Assembly (NCBI GenBank): GCA_039096225.1
Contig: JBBPEB010000024.1
Span: forward strand, 620,001-684,000
Reading direction: 5' to 3'
DNA: 64,000 bases
From: Blastocystis sp. Blastoise
Taxonomy: Eukaryota > Protista > Bigyra: Opalinata
Part shown: in pieces, positions 31,640 through 52,267 of the stretch
Position numbering within the stretch: position 1 is the stretch's first letter
How the letters are laid out: every line of letters starts with the position of its first letter
Position numbers and translations under genes: made by a program
Notes under the pieces: model-generated
Databases searched by the model: none
What the model saw: only the letters and a program-made list of their open reading frames with translations
What the model was told of the DNA's origin: nothing

Positions 31640-33224
31640 TTATATATTATTATTATATACATAAATGAGACAAGTTTCAATATTATTTTCTTTATAACTT
31701 TCTTCAGTAATATCATCTTCATGAAACACCTCTTTTTGATATTTCTTATATAACTCATATAGTTTACGCTTAAAAGAAGGTTTTTCCAGAGAAAACGTCA
31801 ATATATGGGGTTTACTAGAATAATAAGTATATATATATAACAATAATAATATGTATATAAATATATAATTAAAATAATAATATACTTATTTATAAAGAAT
31901 GGATTTATGTGTATATTATTATTATTATTATTTTGAATATCTTTTGTTAAATAAATATCCTTTGTAACTATTGTTATATAAAATATATTAATAATACAAT
32001 ATACATATATATATACAACAATCTTTAATATATATATTAATATAATTCTTTTGAATGGATACACTTTGAATAAATGAATATATAGAATTATCTTGTATTT
32101 TGCTTTGTAAATAATATTCAAATTGATGAATTAATAAATCAATATCACCCTTATATTCTCTTTTTATCTATTGAAAACATATATAGTATTCATATACTTT
32201 ACATAAAGAATATATATCTTTATAATCATAAAAAAAGTTATAATTAAAAAATCAACTATAATAAAACCATTTATTAAAATCAATAATAATAATAATATAT
32301 ATATATATATAGGCATACTATTGGTAATATTTTCAATAGAAATGTACTTGAAATAAATGGAATATGTTTTTCATATTTTATTGATAACTATAAACAATAT
32401 ATATATTATAAAATTTATATATTATAAACAACATATATATATTATAAAATTTATATATTATAAACAACATATATATTATAAAATTTATATATTATAAACA
32501 ACATATATATATTATAAAACTTATATATTATAAACAAAATATATATATATCTTATAAAACTTATCATATAAATACATTAATAAATGAAGAATCAACAGTT
32601 ATTAGAGAACTCAAAGATAAACTATTTTGAAACGAATCAAGTATCAACGTGGATATCGATTCTTTATAGATTTCGGGTCTAATATAATATAAAACAACAT
32701 AATAAATAATAAAATACATATGAACTGTTGTTTTTGTTTGATTATTTTTTGGAACAGTATGATTTTTTCCTTTAATATAATCATAGAATTGCTTCTTAAC
32801 CTAGATTTATAGTTATATATTTTATTACTAGTGATAACAATTTAAATACACGTTGTTGATGCTTTGTAGCACAAAATGTACTCATGCAATTTCGCACTGT
32901 GATTTGAGGACAACAGTTATTTTCGTTATCAGGCAAATAAATATATCTTCCACCACGTCTCCATCCATGATCCATCAAATCTAAACAGATAAATAATGAA
33001 ATGAGGAAAAAAACACACCTTGATATTGTTGGCAAGTCAAATAATCAACAGAATAATAATCACTATACACAGTGAATAGATTCATATTATCAACGATACG
33101 TTCTACCATCCGTTTTTGAATCACAATAGCCACAATGTTTTGAAGATCCATAGTATTTTAACTATTTATAATGACAAACATAGGTATATCATTTATAATA
33201 TACATATATCGAATTATCTGACAT
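30709..33224 (-). CDS. ATE1: Arginyl-tRNA--protein transferase (N-degron pathway)
   Basis: CGYC, DLMDHGWRRGGRYIYLPDNENNCCPQITVR, ELYKKYQKEVFHE, IAVDILDILP, FFYDPIYKPLSLG, YLGYYVYNCPKMIYK motifs. Confidence 0.92.
32389..32560. repeat. About 34-bp minisatellite (~5 copies) in an ATE1 intron
   Basis: tataaacaacatat(at)attataaaatttatatat units. Confidence 0.9.
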
Positions 33225-33501
33225 ATTTAGTGTTAAAAATGATATTAAAAATAAAAGTCATATAATAGTATTCCCGTGGAAAAATATTCTATCTGGTTTA
33301 AACTGGATAATTAACCATTTCAGTTTTTTTTTTGCAGTATTCTAAATCAAATCTCAAAAAAAACTATAACAATTTTATATTTATTTTAATTTATTCATTA
33401 TTAAATTATTATTTATAGTGTTTGATTCATAGATAATTGCTTGTATTAGTATGCTACATATTATGTGTTAAATTAAAATAATTCAACTACTGGATAAATT
33501 G

Positions 33502-36500
33502 ATGGATTCAAAAACTAAACTACAAAAACATAGTCTTAAACATTCAAAAACAGTCTCCAAATATACAAAGAATACTATTGATTTCATTTTTAACGATGAA
33601 AGCAGAATAAGTGTTGAATTGTCTTTTTTGAAGAAATATCCAACGTCGTTGTTATCACTAACAGTTGAAAATTCTGCTAATTATTTGCAAGATGAAGATG
33701 CTTACTATATAGATTCTTCAAGATATTCTGTTGATTCTTTGATTTTATATATGGAAGGAAAAATTTCACTTGAATCTTTACCCATGAATGAAGTTTGTGA
33801 AATAAGAGATGCTGCAGATTATTTCTTTGGAAATGATATAATTGATATTAAGGATAAAATAGAAGCTGTTCTCCAATCATTTTTAAATATTTTTATGAAA
33901 CAGAATGATTTTTCAATGTAAGTATATATTTATATTATTATTATTATTATTATTATGTAAAAATATATTTATAGAGAAGATGAACTTTATGAAAAAGACA
34001 CTATTAAACCAAAATTATCCATTAATGGTATATACAATTATATATATATATATATAATGTTTCTTTTTAGGTGTTATAACGAAGGAGAGAAATGAAAAGT
34101 TTCAGGAATATTCACGATTATTTGAAGTATTGAATATTAAAAGAGTACAAGTAGAATGTATGTTTTGTTTCACTTTTATATAAATATAAATATATATATA
34201 TATAATATAGTTGACTTTTCAGAAGATATTCCTTATGAATATATATATCCCTCCAATTTACATGAATTATTTCCAAAATTAGAAGAATATGAAATTAAAT
34301 GTATATATAATTATATATATAATTATATATATAGTTAAAATAATAAAATTAACTAAAGAGATATGTTTAAATCCATCGGATCCTAAATATACATCATTAT
34401 ATAAAACATATAAATTATATTGTTATGAGAAATATTATCCTGAAGCTTATAATGCATATATTTCTACTCATCCTGATATAGAACCATTCTCTTTTCCTGA
34501 TAATAATAATCAAATATATACATCAACTAATCTTATAAATTGCTATTATCAAGAAGATGAGACCGTTCATCATGAAATAATACCTATTGATATTGATGAA
34601 GAAATAAAGAATGAAAATGATGATGAGAAACCTGACTTATATTTATATCCAGTATATGAATATATTTTAAATAATCAGGAACAAGAATCAGTTAATAATA
34701 ACAATGAAATTGATACTATTAAAACGAATGACTTTATTTCTTATACATTTTTGTTTCTTGAAGAAAATGGACGTATATATTATATATTATATATTATATA
34801 TTATGTATTATATATTATATATTATATTTTTAAATATAGAACTGAATACCTCACATCCGACACTATAGTGTTTATATATATATATATATATCATTATTTT
34901 TAATATTTTATTATATTTTTTTGTTTTATTTTAATACATCTATAATCTATACTTATTATTATTTATATTATATATTTAGCCATAAAAGTCATGAACTCCC
35001 TTGCTCTCAAATCGATAATTATCTACTCAAATTACCTATTTTTAAACAATTAAGAAACTATAGAGGCGATGATTTTTCACCTCTATTAAAAGGAAATATT
35101 TCATTATTTTTAAAATTATTAAGTGAAGGATTATTGGATGGTTTAGAGATAATGACACTAAATTATTGTATATTTATAGTTATACTCTATTAAATACATA
35201 CATATATATAGTTATTAACTCTAGTTCTTATGATGAATATGTACAATTATTTAATACTATTATTAAAACTCATGTATTTCCTAATGTTAAAAAATTAGAA
35301 ATATATAGTATATATATATGTATAAATGCTAATACTTTATTCATATTTATACTATAGTAAATGATCAGAATGACCCTAATATTCCATTATATCAAGAAAT
35401 ACTTACTTTAATAACAAGAAATAATTTCCCTAAATTATCTATATATACTATTAATTATGGTACAAACTTTAAACCTCTTGAAGATACTCTTAATATTGAC
35501 TCTATATTAATTCCTACTTCTTTAATTAAATTAGTAGATATCATTTATCTATGTACTGAATATAAATGTAGTTTTCATTTGGACGAATTTTTTATTAATA
35601 CTATTTATCAAGTTAAACAATATCATGAATTCAAAATTCAATGTATATATATTAATACTTGAATTATTTATAAAAAATAATTTATTATATAGCTGATTTG
35701 AATATTGATAATTATAATGAATTCTGGACACATTTATTTGATTCTAAAATAATCGTTTTTAATGCATTAAATATCAGTCGTATATATTATGTAATACTCA
35801 TATATAATATACTTATATATATAATCTATATTATATATAGTATGTGAGACACACACGTTAACTCATGATTATTCATTTGATTTAAGTCATTATACCATAA
35901 AATGTCTTAATATAGGTATATATATAATATGAAATTCTTTTATAGATTATTTCCTATTTTTACTTTTATTTAAAAAACTTATTATTATTATAGATATAAA
36001 TTTTCAAAATGATTCATTTGATAAGATGAATAAGATTCAAAATCTTCTACAAACCATCAATACTACACATTTAAAAGAAATTCATTTTACTTGTATGTAT
36101 ATATATACTAATAATAGTATATCTATTTATCTATATATATCTACAATTTATAGTTAATTCTTATGAAATTAAGGGTTGTTTAAAATTCTTCAATATATTA
36201 TTACCTATTCTACATAATAAGTATTATGATAATGTCACAAAACTAGATATTAGTATAATTATTAATTATCTATTAATATTTCTATATATATATATATATT
36301 ATAATAGATATTAATGATAATTATCGTAATGAATATCCTAACGAGAATCAAATGCTTGAAATTAATGAACTTCTATTAGAATTCTTCTCTTTATTTACAA
36401 ATAATATGCGATCTTTACATTTATGTATATAAATATTTATATATGATTATTTATATATATTAAAATTATTTTTTATAGCTATATTTTTATTAAATTATTT

Positions 36501-36630
36501 ATTTTTTACAAATGAATGCATAAATCTACCTTTTTGGACTAATTTAAATGAAATAAAAATATATATGGGTATATATATGTTTTATATATATATTATGTAT
36601 TTATTTAATTATATATATTATGTATTTATT

Positions 36631-36671
<41 letters not shown>

Positions 36672-36817
36672 ATAGGTAATGTGCTCTATACTCAGGTACA
36701 TGATATTGATAATAATTCACTTAAGATATTTAATAATATTTCAGTTTTTATTAATAAAAAGAAATTAGTTCATCTTCAGTCAATTATTTTAGAATATCCT
36801 TTTATATTCTTTTTAGG

Positions 36818-36872
<55 letters not shown>

Positions 36873-37501
36873 CTTTTTAATGTATATTGCTTTATAGCTG
36901 TTGACAGAATTAAATATAAAAATGTTTATTCTCTCATTAAAGCAATCACTAATTGTTCTTCAGATTCTCTTCCATGTTTAGAACAATTTAATATTTATGA
37001 TGAGAGTATATATATATACAATAGTAAAAAATTTTTTTATTTATTTTTCTTATATATAGAACATTCTACTATAAGTCTTTTTAATGCATTTCCTTCTCTT
37101 TATTTTGATCATCATATGACATGTTATAATATTAAAATGAATTATACTATTCTTTATGATAATGATGCTTTTGTTAACTATTCTGAATATATATATAATG
37201 AACTACAAAAACCATACACAAAAGGAATCACTAGTTTATATTTATACATAGTAGATCATTCTTATTTGAAGAAATTTGTGGATTTAATAATAAATGATTC
37301 ATTCCTTTATTTGAATAAATTAACTATCAATATTGCACGTATGTATATATATTGACTATTATATATATTATAGATTGCTCAGAGAAGATAGATATTAATG
37401 ATTATATGCCATTATTGAATAATTATAAAGAAAAAATCAATAATAATTTAAATATATCTATTGTTTATAGTGAACCTAATGATGATGAAGATGATTCATA
37501 A
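33502..37501 (+). CDS. BTB-like/FPKL-repeat family protein (divergent paralogue D)
   Basis: IDFIFNDESRISVELSFLKKYPTS...AYYID; IPYEYIYPSNLHELFPKL; THVFPNV. Stop TAA at 37499-37501. Confidence 0.78.
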
Positions 37502-37875
37502 ATTATATATACATATTCTCTTCTTCTTCTTTTTTGTTATTATATATATTTATTTTTCATTTTCTCATATACTTTATTGAATTATTTTATTTTTAAATTT
37601 ATTATACTAAAAAGTCAAGTCATAATATGTATTGCTTTAAATATATTATTTTTATGTTTACATGAAATTCTATTTAAAAAATATATATATATAATATATA
37701 TAAATAGTAATATAGACAAATCTATTCTTAAATAATAACATTACAAATTATATCGTTGTTAATATATTAAAGAAATATAAAGTATATTAAAAATATACGA
37801 ATATAATACAAAAATTGGAATATATTATAATACGATTGATTATATTTAATAATAAACATTTGGATATTTATATAT

Positions 37876-39380
37876 CTCTTCCCTAAACTTCATAATCTTC
37901 TACAGTAAAATAATTTTATGAATTAAAACTACAAGTATTTACAAATATTGATGATTTTTGAGGAGTAAGAAAATTGGCATCATCACTTGAATTACAATAA
38001 GAATTACTATCAGAATAACATTGATCAGATATATATATATATCATGACTATATCTAGTATTAGTATAAATTGTTCTCTTATTATAATCATATTTACTAGG
38101 AAGAATGCCATGATCATTATATAGAGTAAAGAGGAAATTTTAAAATAGTATTTATTATCTATAAATAGCAATAAATAATCATAGTTATAGAAATAATCAA
38201 TATATATAAGGGAAACATTTCAATCTTGATCTGTATATCCTCCAAATATATTTATATGTTATTATGACTTATATGTTTTATTATTGTTATTGTGTCTCCT
38301 TTATAAATCACAATATCTATGAAATTCTTTAGAAGAATAATTATGTTCACTTGCTAAATATAATAATAATAATATATATATTATATATACCTAAATAATA
38401 AATCCAATTCTTTTCTTTACAACGCCAAGTTTACATAGGATTATTTATAGTGTTATAGACTATATATATATATGAACATTATATGTTAATAGTCTATCCA
38501 TTCTTAATAGTAGAAATTCTTTGGTTACCAGATAAACAATAGATTTCATTTTCTACTCTATTTCGATTTATTTTTCATGTATTATTATTAGATATATACA
38601 TAAAAATCATTGTAATGGATTCATATATATATATAGTTAATAAATTTTTATTTTACTATTTTCATTTTAATCTTCAACATATTTATTAACAATTCTATTT
38701 CATAATCCATTATTATTCTTTAAATAATTACTTTATATTACATCTTTTCTTATCATTTATATAAAAACAGCCTGATAATAATCTTTATGTTGTTTCACAC
38801 TATTATTTTTTCGATAATAATTTTTCATTAATTCTTCAGAAAGAGATAAATAATAAAATTCAAATAATTCTAGTTGTTCTTCATATGAAGAATTATAAAT
38901 ATATCATTCTCTTATTTAAAGAATAAATCAATCAATAAAGGAAAAGGTGTTTCATCATAAGGATAATCTAAATAAATATTTCTATCAACAGTTCTTCATT
39001 CTTTCCAGATTATTTATATAAATAACTACCTAATAAACGATTTGTGATTCTTTTAAGAAGAAAAGAAAGTAGATTAATGATTGTAAATCAAATATAATCA
39101 ATTCCATTATCATTATCAGTTATATTTAGATCATATTTATGAACCTATGAAGATTCTTAGATAATTATATTTGGATCATCACCATTCTCATCATTCATTC
39201 ATTGATAATTTCTTGTTAATCAACTCATTAATTCATTTCAGACTTAACCGAATAAGTATAGTCGTTTATTGACTTACTTAGAATACCAATTAAATCACTA
39301 ATCAGTATTTTAAAATAAATTACATGCTTCTGAATATCACTAATCTTACTATCATCAAATTCTACATTCTCTTCTACCAT
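37876..39380 (-). pseudogene. Decayed BTB-TLDc gene
   Basis: Fragments NIYLDYPYDE, ASEHNYSSKEFHRYCD, NIFGGYTDQ, YFTVEDYEV (TLDc hallmarks) with many stops and frameshifts. Confidence 0.75.
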
Positions 39381-40862
39381 TTTCTATTATATAAGAAATG
39401 AAATAAGCAAAAATATTATTAATTGAAAAAAAATCTTGATTATTTTTAAAAATTACTTAATTTCTAATTATTCACTTATTATTCATTTATCATTGTTACT
39501 ATTATTTCAAATGCTTATTAATAAGCATTATTTACAAAGGTATTCTATAAATTCCTTAGAAGAGATAACTCATTATGAATCTTCACTTCATTGATTACTT
39601 TAAATAGTTGATTTGATATGTATTTAAAATGCAGAAGACGTTATACGTAAGATATCATTTATATTATTTAGATAGCACATACTTTACTTACAATTTGATT
39701 TATAATCTTCTTATTTTATTACATATATACTTTATTTTATTTCTATGATATTTATAAGTTCATATTTGATAATAATTATTTCTATTGAATATAATTATTA
39801 TGTTTTTCTTGTAATTATTCCTAATTTCTCGCTATATTAACAAATTATTTATTATTTATGTATTATATTTTGCTATATATATATCTAAAATCAAATAGTA
39901 TCCTTTCTATAGTTTCTTGATAAAGAATTTCTTCTTTTATTTATATTTCCTTCTTATTCTTCCACTTCTATTTTTATTTCATACTATTTAATTCTTTATA
40001 TTTTATATTATAATTTATCATGATATTTTCTATTAATTATAATCATAATTATTAGTTATTTATTGGTAATGTATATTATTTATATGTCACTGATATAGTA
40101 AAAACAGTATATATGAATAATTAAAATTATAATAATGGTATTTTATAATTCTTAATGAAGAATTAATACTATAAAATTATTTATTGAAATATAATATTTA
40201 AATAACAAAATCATAAATATTTCAAAAAAACCTTGCTATCAACATTTATATTTCATTTAATAAAATATTTTCACTACTATTTCTATTTAATTAAAGATAA
40301 AAAATGAAACTATTCTATAGTATAAACATGAAAAATACATTAAACAATATATAAAACTATATATATGTTTCATATTTCATTTTAACACATGTTGTGAAAC
40401 TGTTTAAAAATTAAATTAATATTATATAATAACATAATAAATAATAATAATTCTTATGAATATTTCAATATATTAAGATTAATAAATCTCAAAAAAACTA
40501 TTATCTTCTTTAGTTTTATATAGAAACTATATACTATAAAACAATTATAGTTATCCATATTTAGGATATCATTATCATAATAATAATTCTGTATAAAAAT
40601 CAGTTTATTTTTTAATGGAATAATATATAAAATAAGGTAACAATGAATTCATAATAATCACAAATAACACTTTATAATATTTAATACTATAGTTGTTACT
40701 ATTATTTATGTTATATTTTGTCATAAGTGTTTTCAAAAAACAAAACAAGTAATTCTATTTATATATATATATATAATTAATAAAAACATAAAAAAAAATA
40801 AAATAAAAATAAAAATCATATTTAAATAAAGAAAATATATATATATATATATACAAAAGAAT

Positions 40863-44910
<4,048 letters not shown>

Positions 44911-47169
44911 CACTCGAATTCAACTATAATGACAAAATGATCATATAATAGTATGCTTAAAAGATAGTATTACAAATAAATAATAAATAAATACTATTTG
45001 AATAACTATAATATCTTATAATTATAAATAATCATTGAGATAACAAAGAATAAAACTTGCTCTTTTTCAACATCATAAATTCACGAATATATGTAATTGA
45101 TCACTAAAATTTTTTATATTTTTCAAAAATTTGGCTATTCAGTCATTTTCAGATAATTTTCATATTTTTATTAAAATATTTTAAAACAACGTTTTTTCAA
45201 TGAATTATTCTTTCTTATCTCAAAAATATATTCATTATGTATTTTCCCCTAGATCTTGAATACCTTCCTAAACAATAATATGAAAATTAATAGTAATTAA
45301 TTCATTTTTATTCTATAATATGGTGTACCCTTTTATTTAATCTGTAGTAATGATATAAGCGCTTCACTAGATATTGAGCTGTTGCTTGCTCTACAAAAAT
45401 TAACCTATTATGAAAAAAATTGATAAGATTATCGCCTTTCTTTATCAATACTCATCTAGATATCATTGCAAACAAAATAATCTATTCTCAGAATATTATT
45501 AATTTAGTTACTATGTCAATTTTATATCAAATTTCTATAATGCATTTGATTTCTTCTTCAAGTTACTTTATATAACAGAATGGTGTTCAGAATTATTTTT
45601 CTTTTTTATCCGAATATGATCAGTTTATTAAAACAAATAGGTGATAAATAAAACAATTGTTTTTGTATAAAAGCAAATTGATATCTTTGAATACTAATGA
45701 TGTGTTCCTTTTAATATAATAATTAATGAATGCATATTATGAAATACATCCTCTTTCCTATTATTATACAAATATAAACTTTATTGAATTTATTGATTAT
45801 TAAGAATTTAATGGTTAATTAATATTTTAAAGTATGAAGATATCAAACGAACTACATATATATACTTATTCATTTATTTATATATAGAATATATTCTCTA
45901 TTCTCACAAATTCTAATTGATTCATTGTTATTATACAACTTTTTTCAATATAAAATATTTTTACATATTTTGTTGTTAACAGTTTCTTTCTTGATGCCAA
46001 TTTTGTCTCTGCAACAAATGTCATAACAATTTGTGACACTTATTCTATTTTTGGTAGTCACATTTTATGAACAAATATTCATTCATATTAAATCGAGATA
46101 GAAATATATTTTCATTTTTTAAATAGTAAAAATCACAAGACATTAAAAGTTACTATTCTCGTTGATTATAGTAAATAACTATGAAATTAGAATTTTATTT
46201 GATATTATATTATATATAACAATTATTTATTTTTAAAAAATGGTTTTAAAGTGTTCGCTAATAATATATGTAGCATATAGAAGGAATCCAATTGATTTGT
46301 TAAAAGGTCTTGTGTCATATAAATTATAATAACAAAACAACATGTATATGAACTAATATTTAACAATTATAAAGGATAAATATATTTTATTAGTAATTAT
46401 ATATATAATAAAAAGATATATAAAAAAATGAAGTGATTCTAAAAATTATAAAATATTAAAAAAATATTGTATTTGGGTTGATAAGAATGAAGTATGAAGA
46501 AAGAAAACAAATAACATATATAATAAAATTAATGTACTATAGAACATAGTAATAAGTACGATAACAATAGTGTTTATGTATATTATGTTTCGGAATGTAT
46601 ATTGATAATAATATATGTTAATAATAAATACTAATATCAATAATTAAATTAATTTCAAAAACAGACATAAGTATAAGAATATACATAAATATTATATATT
46701 ATTATCATAAAAAAAGAACTTATATAAATATATAGAGTGACATATAAAAAAAGATACTTAAAAATGAATATTTCTTCAAAAAACATTTCTTCAAAAAAAA
46801 CATAAATTGAAAAAAAAATTTTTATATTTTAACAGAATAGGAATCAGATATATTAATTATAAATAGTAGATAAATGATGATAAAAATAACTTTAAAAAAT
46901 AAAAATATATAAATGATTAGACATTTAACTAAAAATGTTATTCAATTGTCATTTATAATTATAAATGAAAAATTATTTAATTTGTATTATATAAAATAAA
47001 TAAATAAATAAAAAGATAAATAAAGGAAAAAAATATGTATAGAAATTATTCAATTATCAATAATATTAATAGTTATATATATTAATAGTTATATATAAAA
47101 CTATATATAATAGAAATATATACAGCTATAATAATAAAATTTGGATATAATATTTAATAAATATTTATA

Positions 47170-47839
47170 TTAACCAGAGAACATCATACATATAATACTA
47201 TCATATTTGAATTGAATTCTCTTAGAGAGTAATTCTTTTAATAATGTTGTATCTACCAGAGTTATCGGCAAATTATTATCAAGAATTTCTTTAGGGAATA
47301 AAACTTTAAAATTAATTACAATATATTGATCTACAGGATCTATGCTTGAAGATATATCATTTAATTGTAATTTAGTGATAGGAGAAGTTATAGATATTAA
47401 TATAGATCTATATAGAGTAATAAATGTATCAGGATTAATCCATGAAGAATTAATACCAAAGAACAATATGCTTATTGTGTTTCTTTGAGTTGATTGCTGA
47501 TTTCTTGTTAAGACAGATATTAATGAATAATCTAGTCCTTGTAGCTTACAAAAATAGGTAAAAGAATATGAATTATCATTATTAGCATAAGAATGATAAC
47601 TATTTAATGAAACATGTGTAGAATAATCTGTATATTGACAGTCTCCTTCATTTTTAGTAGTAATACTATTTGTAAGTGATGATTCAGGATAAAATAGAGA
47701 AGTAGGTGATGAAGTAATAGTATTAATATATAATTGTGGTTTTGAAGAAGATGAAGAAGAATAAAAATCTATATTTGAACCATAATATACATGAAGAAGA
47801 AGAGAATTTATAGACTATATATAATATAATATAAAGAGA

Positions 47840-47881
<42 letters not shown>

Positions 47882-50800
47882 TTCATCGTTAGTTGTATAG
47901 TTTGTGGTTAGAAGAAGATCTGTAAGTTGATATTTAAAAGTATTTACAAAGGTTCTTGCTAAAGATTCTAATAAAGAATAAATATCATCAATAGTTGTCA
48001 TTAATTGCATAGAATAATCTAATGATTCTAAAGCTTTACCAGGAATAGAAACTGGTTTAGGATAACAAAGATCTTTATGAATATCATTAGACCATGTAGG
48101 TGTATTAGATATATAATCACATAAGACATGATAATAACCATATTGATTGTCATTAGTACAATTAACAACTGCAATCATTCCAACTTTAGTTGCAGGATAT
48201 ATAGAAGAATCAATAGTAATAGTAGTACATATAGCATCCTTAGAAACACATTGATTCTTATATACATATGCATTATCATTACAAAGAGTACATTGTATAT
48301 TATTACCATTTAATGAAGTTACATAACCATTTATACACTCTTCACATTCATTACCATTATAATAAGTAGTACCAGTACAAGGAGTAGAACTAAATATACA
48401 TTCATTACTATTAGATTCTTCCCATTCACCTTTATTATTACAATATCTTTTAACAAAACCTTCATATCCAATAGGACATGTTGAACTATAGGCATATGTT
48501 AACATTTTAGTTTGAGGCCATATTCCATCAGATTCACAAATATTTTCTTCAATAGATATATCAATTTCATAAGTTGTTTCAATATTATCTTTATTTATAA
48601 ATGATAAACTATATGTAGTAGTAGTAGAAACAGTAGTAGGAGTACCATAGAGTTTTCTAGATGTAGTATCCATTGTAATGCCTTCAGGAAGAGAAGGAGT
48701 AATAGAAAGAATAACATTATTAGCATCAGTAGTATAGTATTGCTCATATTCATGATTCACAAACATAATAATATGTGTATTTTGGAAATGAATTTCTGAA
48801 GGTAGAATAGACATACATATATTATCTCCTTCTATAGTTTGTAACCCACTAGAAGTACATAAACGTTTAGTATTACTAGTATATCCTTGAGGACATATTT
48901 TATATGAATATTCATCTATTAATGCATAAGACCATCCATTTATTTTACATGAATTAGGATTTATATAACTAAAATTAAGTTCATTTAAGCATACCATTTC
49001 TCCATCAGCAAAACCATAAATATCTTCACCACATTTTGTTACATAAAGACGATAAGAAGAATAAATTTCTTTATTATTAATTTCTTTATTTAAATTATAA
49101 TATTCAGGATCTTGATCATTTATTTCATCTAATTCTACAAATGTATTCCAATTATCATTTGATGCTTCTATCTTAAAGGATATAGGAATATAAGATTGAT
49201 AATAATTATTATCTGCAAGTACTTGATAATGATTATATGTAATCATAATATCATTAGAAATAGTATATTTAAAAATACTATCAACACAATTACGACTTGC
49301 TAAAACATAACTACCTGCTATACCATCAGTAATATCACTTAAAGGATAATCTTCATCTATTATACCATTTAAAGACCATTCTCCATTTATTGTAGGAGAA
49401 TCATTATTTATTAAAAAGTTTAATGATATATAAAAGCCATTAGATGGTTGAATAATAGTATTTTGTTTATGTATTTCAATAGCTATAATGTTATCACCAA
49501 TAAAAAGTAATTTAGGATTCATAAATACACTGATAATAGACCTAATTGATTTATATTCATTATATTCAGAAGTAGCTAATGTATTATAATTAATAGTATC
49601 GCTATTAATCATATTAAATCTTCTTATTTCTATTCCATTTATATACAGTATCATTCCTGCAAATGTAGATATATTTATATCAAATCTATTTATATTAGTT
49701 GGGATATTCTCTATAGTATAATGTATTCTATAATATTGAGTAATGCTATCTTCAGGAACATCAGGAAGAGAAGAAGAAGAAGGAACAGTAGACCATATAT
49801 TATCATTAAATAGATTAGTATTCCAATGTTTAGGAGGAGTTATATTATCATAAGAATAAGCAATAGGCATCTTAGAAGAGTCAACAAATTGTTTAAAAGA
49901 TAAATACATTGTTTGTCCAAATTCTAAATATCCAAAATATTTATTATTAATATAAATAGATGATTTTAGTTTATTACTAGAGATAGTTCCTGAATATTTC
50001 AATGTATATTGATTTGGATTTAAGCAACTAATATATTCTTCAGAATGTATTAAACCAAGATTATATATAGGATGACTGAAAATACCTTCATTAACATTAC
50101 TCATTGTAACTGTATTATCATCTGTTGTAAAATCTAATTGTATATTCACAAGTGTCTTTGGAAATAAACATGATTCTATTTGAATTGTAAATATAGTTGT
50201 TTGTGTTGAATCTAAAATAGAAATACCAGTAATCCTATACTCTGTAGTTCCTTCTGTTCCATGAATAATACCATAAATTAATCCTGAATTTATATCTAAT
50301 GAAATTCCATCAGGAAGAGATGGAGTAATAATAAAATCTTTATAATATTCAAAATTTGTAATAGAAACAGCGATTGTAGTATTATCATATACAATAGATG
50401 GATTAGAAGAAAGAGAAAAAGAAGGTAAAGATTCAGGTATTAAATCATCTACAAAATATTCAATTTCACTAATATAATAATTATTAGTCTTTTTGTTTGT
50501 ATTACTATTTGTAAATGTGAATTGTAGTTTATTAATAGAATAATTAACATTTGATAAGAAGAAACATTGTCTTTTAGATTCAAAAGAAGAACTGAATGCA
50601 GAATTCACTGTAGAATGAAGATTTGTTTTATATACCTCATAAATAGATTCTACATACCAAGCAGTAGGTGCATAATAATAATCATCCCCATAAGTTATAC
50701 AATATCTAGTAATATTCTTATATCCATCAGTAGTATATAATAACAATTCAAGATTCCTTCCAGTAACAGTGTTAAATATACCATAAGTTGAACTATCAAA

Positions 50801-52191
50801 ATCTATGATATCAGTAGGATTAACGGTTGTTCTTGCATTACTAGAAACAGAAAACTCAGCATATACAGGAAGACTAGAATCAACAAACATAAGAAGAGAT
50901 GCATCAAAATATATATTTATATCATGATTCTTATCAAATATTAAAACAGAAATAGTAATAGAATTTAATTGATCAAAAACAGAAAGAGGACCTGCTGATG
51001 TTTGTTGTATATATGTAGAAGAAGTTGTAGATGATTGATAATTATATAAAAACCCATCCACTGCTACTAAATGATCATTTATATAAATTTTTGTATTAGA
51101 TAATGATTTATAACTTAATATAAAACCTTTTTGATTTATAATAGAAGGAATATTAATAGTTTTACGGAATACAAAAAATTGATTCGTATCAGTAGGAGTA
51201 ATAGGATTACCACCATTAGTAGTAGACCAAGTAGAATCATCAATAGAAGATCCATACCATTCTGTAGGTATAGAATCATAAGTATTATATTTCCATTGAG
51301 ATTTCATTAATATGGAGTAAAAAGTATTAACGTAATGAATTTCAGGAGTCTTATTCATAATTTTCATTTTTGTTATATTTATTACATTATTATTTATATC
51401 ATCTATTCTAGAAATAATCATATATGAATGTGTATTCCAAATTTTATTATTTGTTGATGATAATTCAAAAGACCACGTACCTATAGGACCATAATAATCA
51501 TAATTTTGATTCAAATCATTATCTTGAATTAATGTAGCTATCTCATTTCCATCTTTTGATTTAATAATTACTTTTTCATAAGAAGCAGAAGCTGTTGTGA
51601 TTCTATTAATACGTATATGTGCACAAATATCTGGATAACATAATATTTGAAGAGTAAATACATATTTACCGGAAGAACTACCATATATATCATAATTATA
51701 AGAAAGAGTATATTGAGTATTTACAACTTCTTTAGGAGTACCAGAAAGAATACCATTAGAAGATAAAAATAAACCAGTAGGTAAGTCAGGAGATATATTA
51801 CAATTCGATAATGAAGAATATATTATTGAAGAGAAATCAATAATTTTACCATTGAAAAAGGCATACATAGTGTATGTAGGAAGAATATCCTGTAGTTTTC
51901 GAGAGGAATGTACAGAGACGGTATCCATAGAATCTATAAAGCATATACTATTAATATATTTATATATGTATATACCTTTAGAATTCGTAATATAAGTAAG
52001 AATATCAAAAGAAGAAACAAGTTCAGGATGATCAGCAGTATTATGTAATTCAATAGCTATTTTTAATGTAGTAAGAGAAACAGAGGAAGTAAGTAATTCT
52101 TTAGGAACGATAATATGTTTATAAGTAGAAACATCTTCAAGAGATTGAGAAGAAGTATATTGAGTGGCGTTTGAGGATCTATATATAATTG

Positions 52192-52267
<76 letters not shown>

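Noticed and set aside
33063-33099. ATE1 intron with GTATCGTT donor as a GT-AG U12 intron
   Set aside because: Donor mismatch and no TTCTTAAT-type branch site.
39510-39529. 20-bp palindrome aatgcttattaataagcatt
   Set aside because: Short and AT-rich; plausible by chance.
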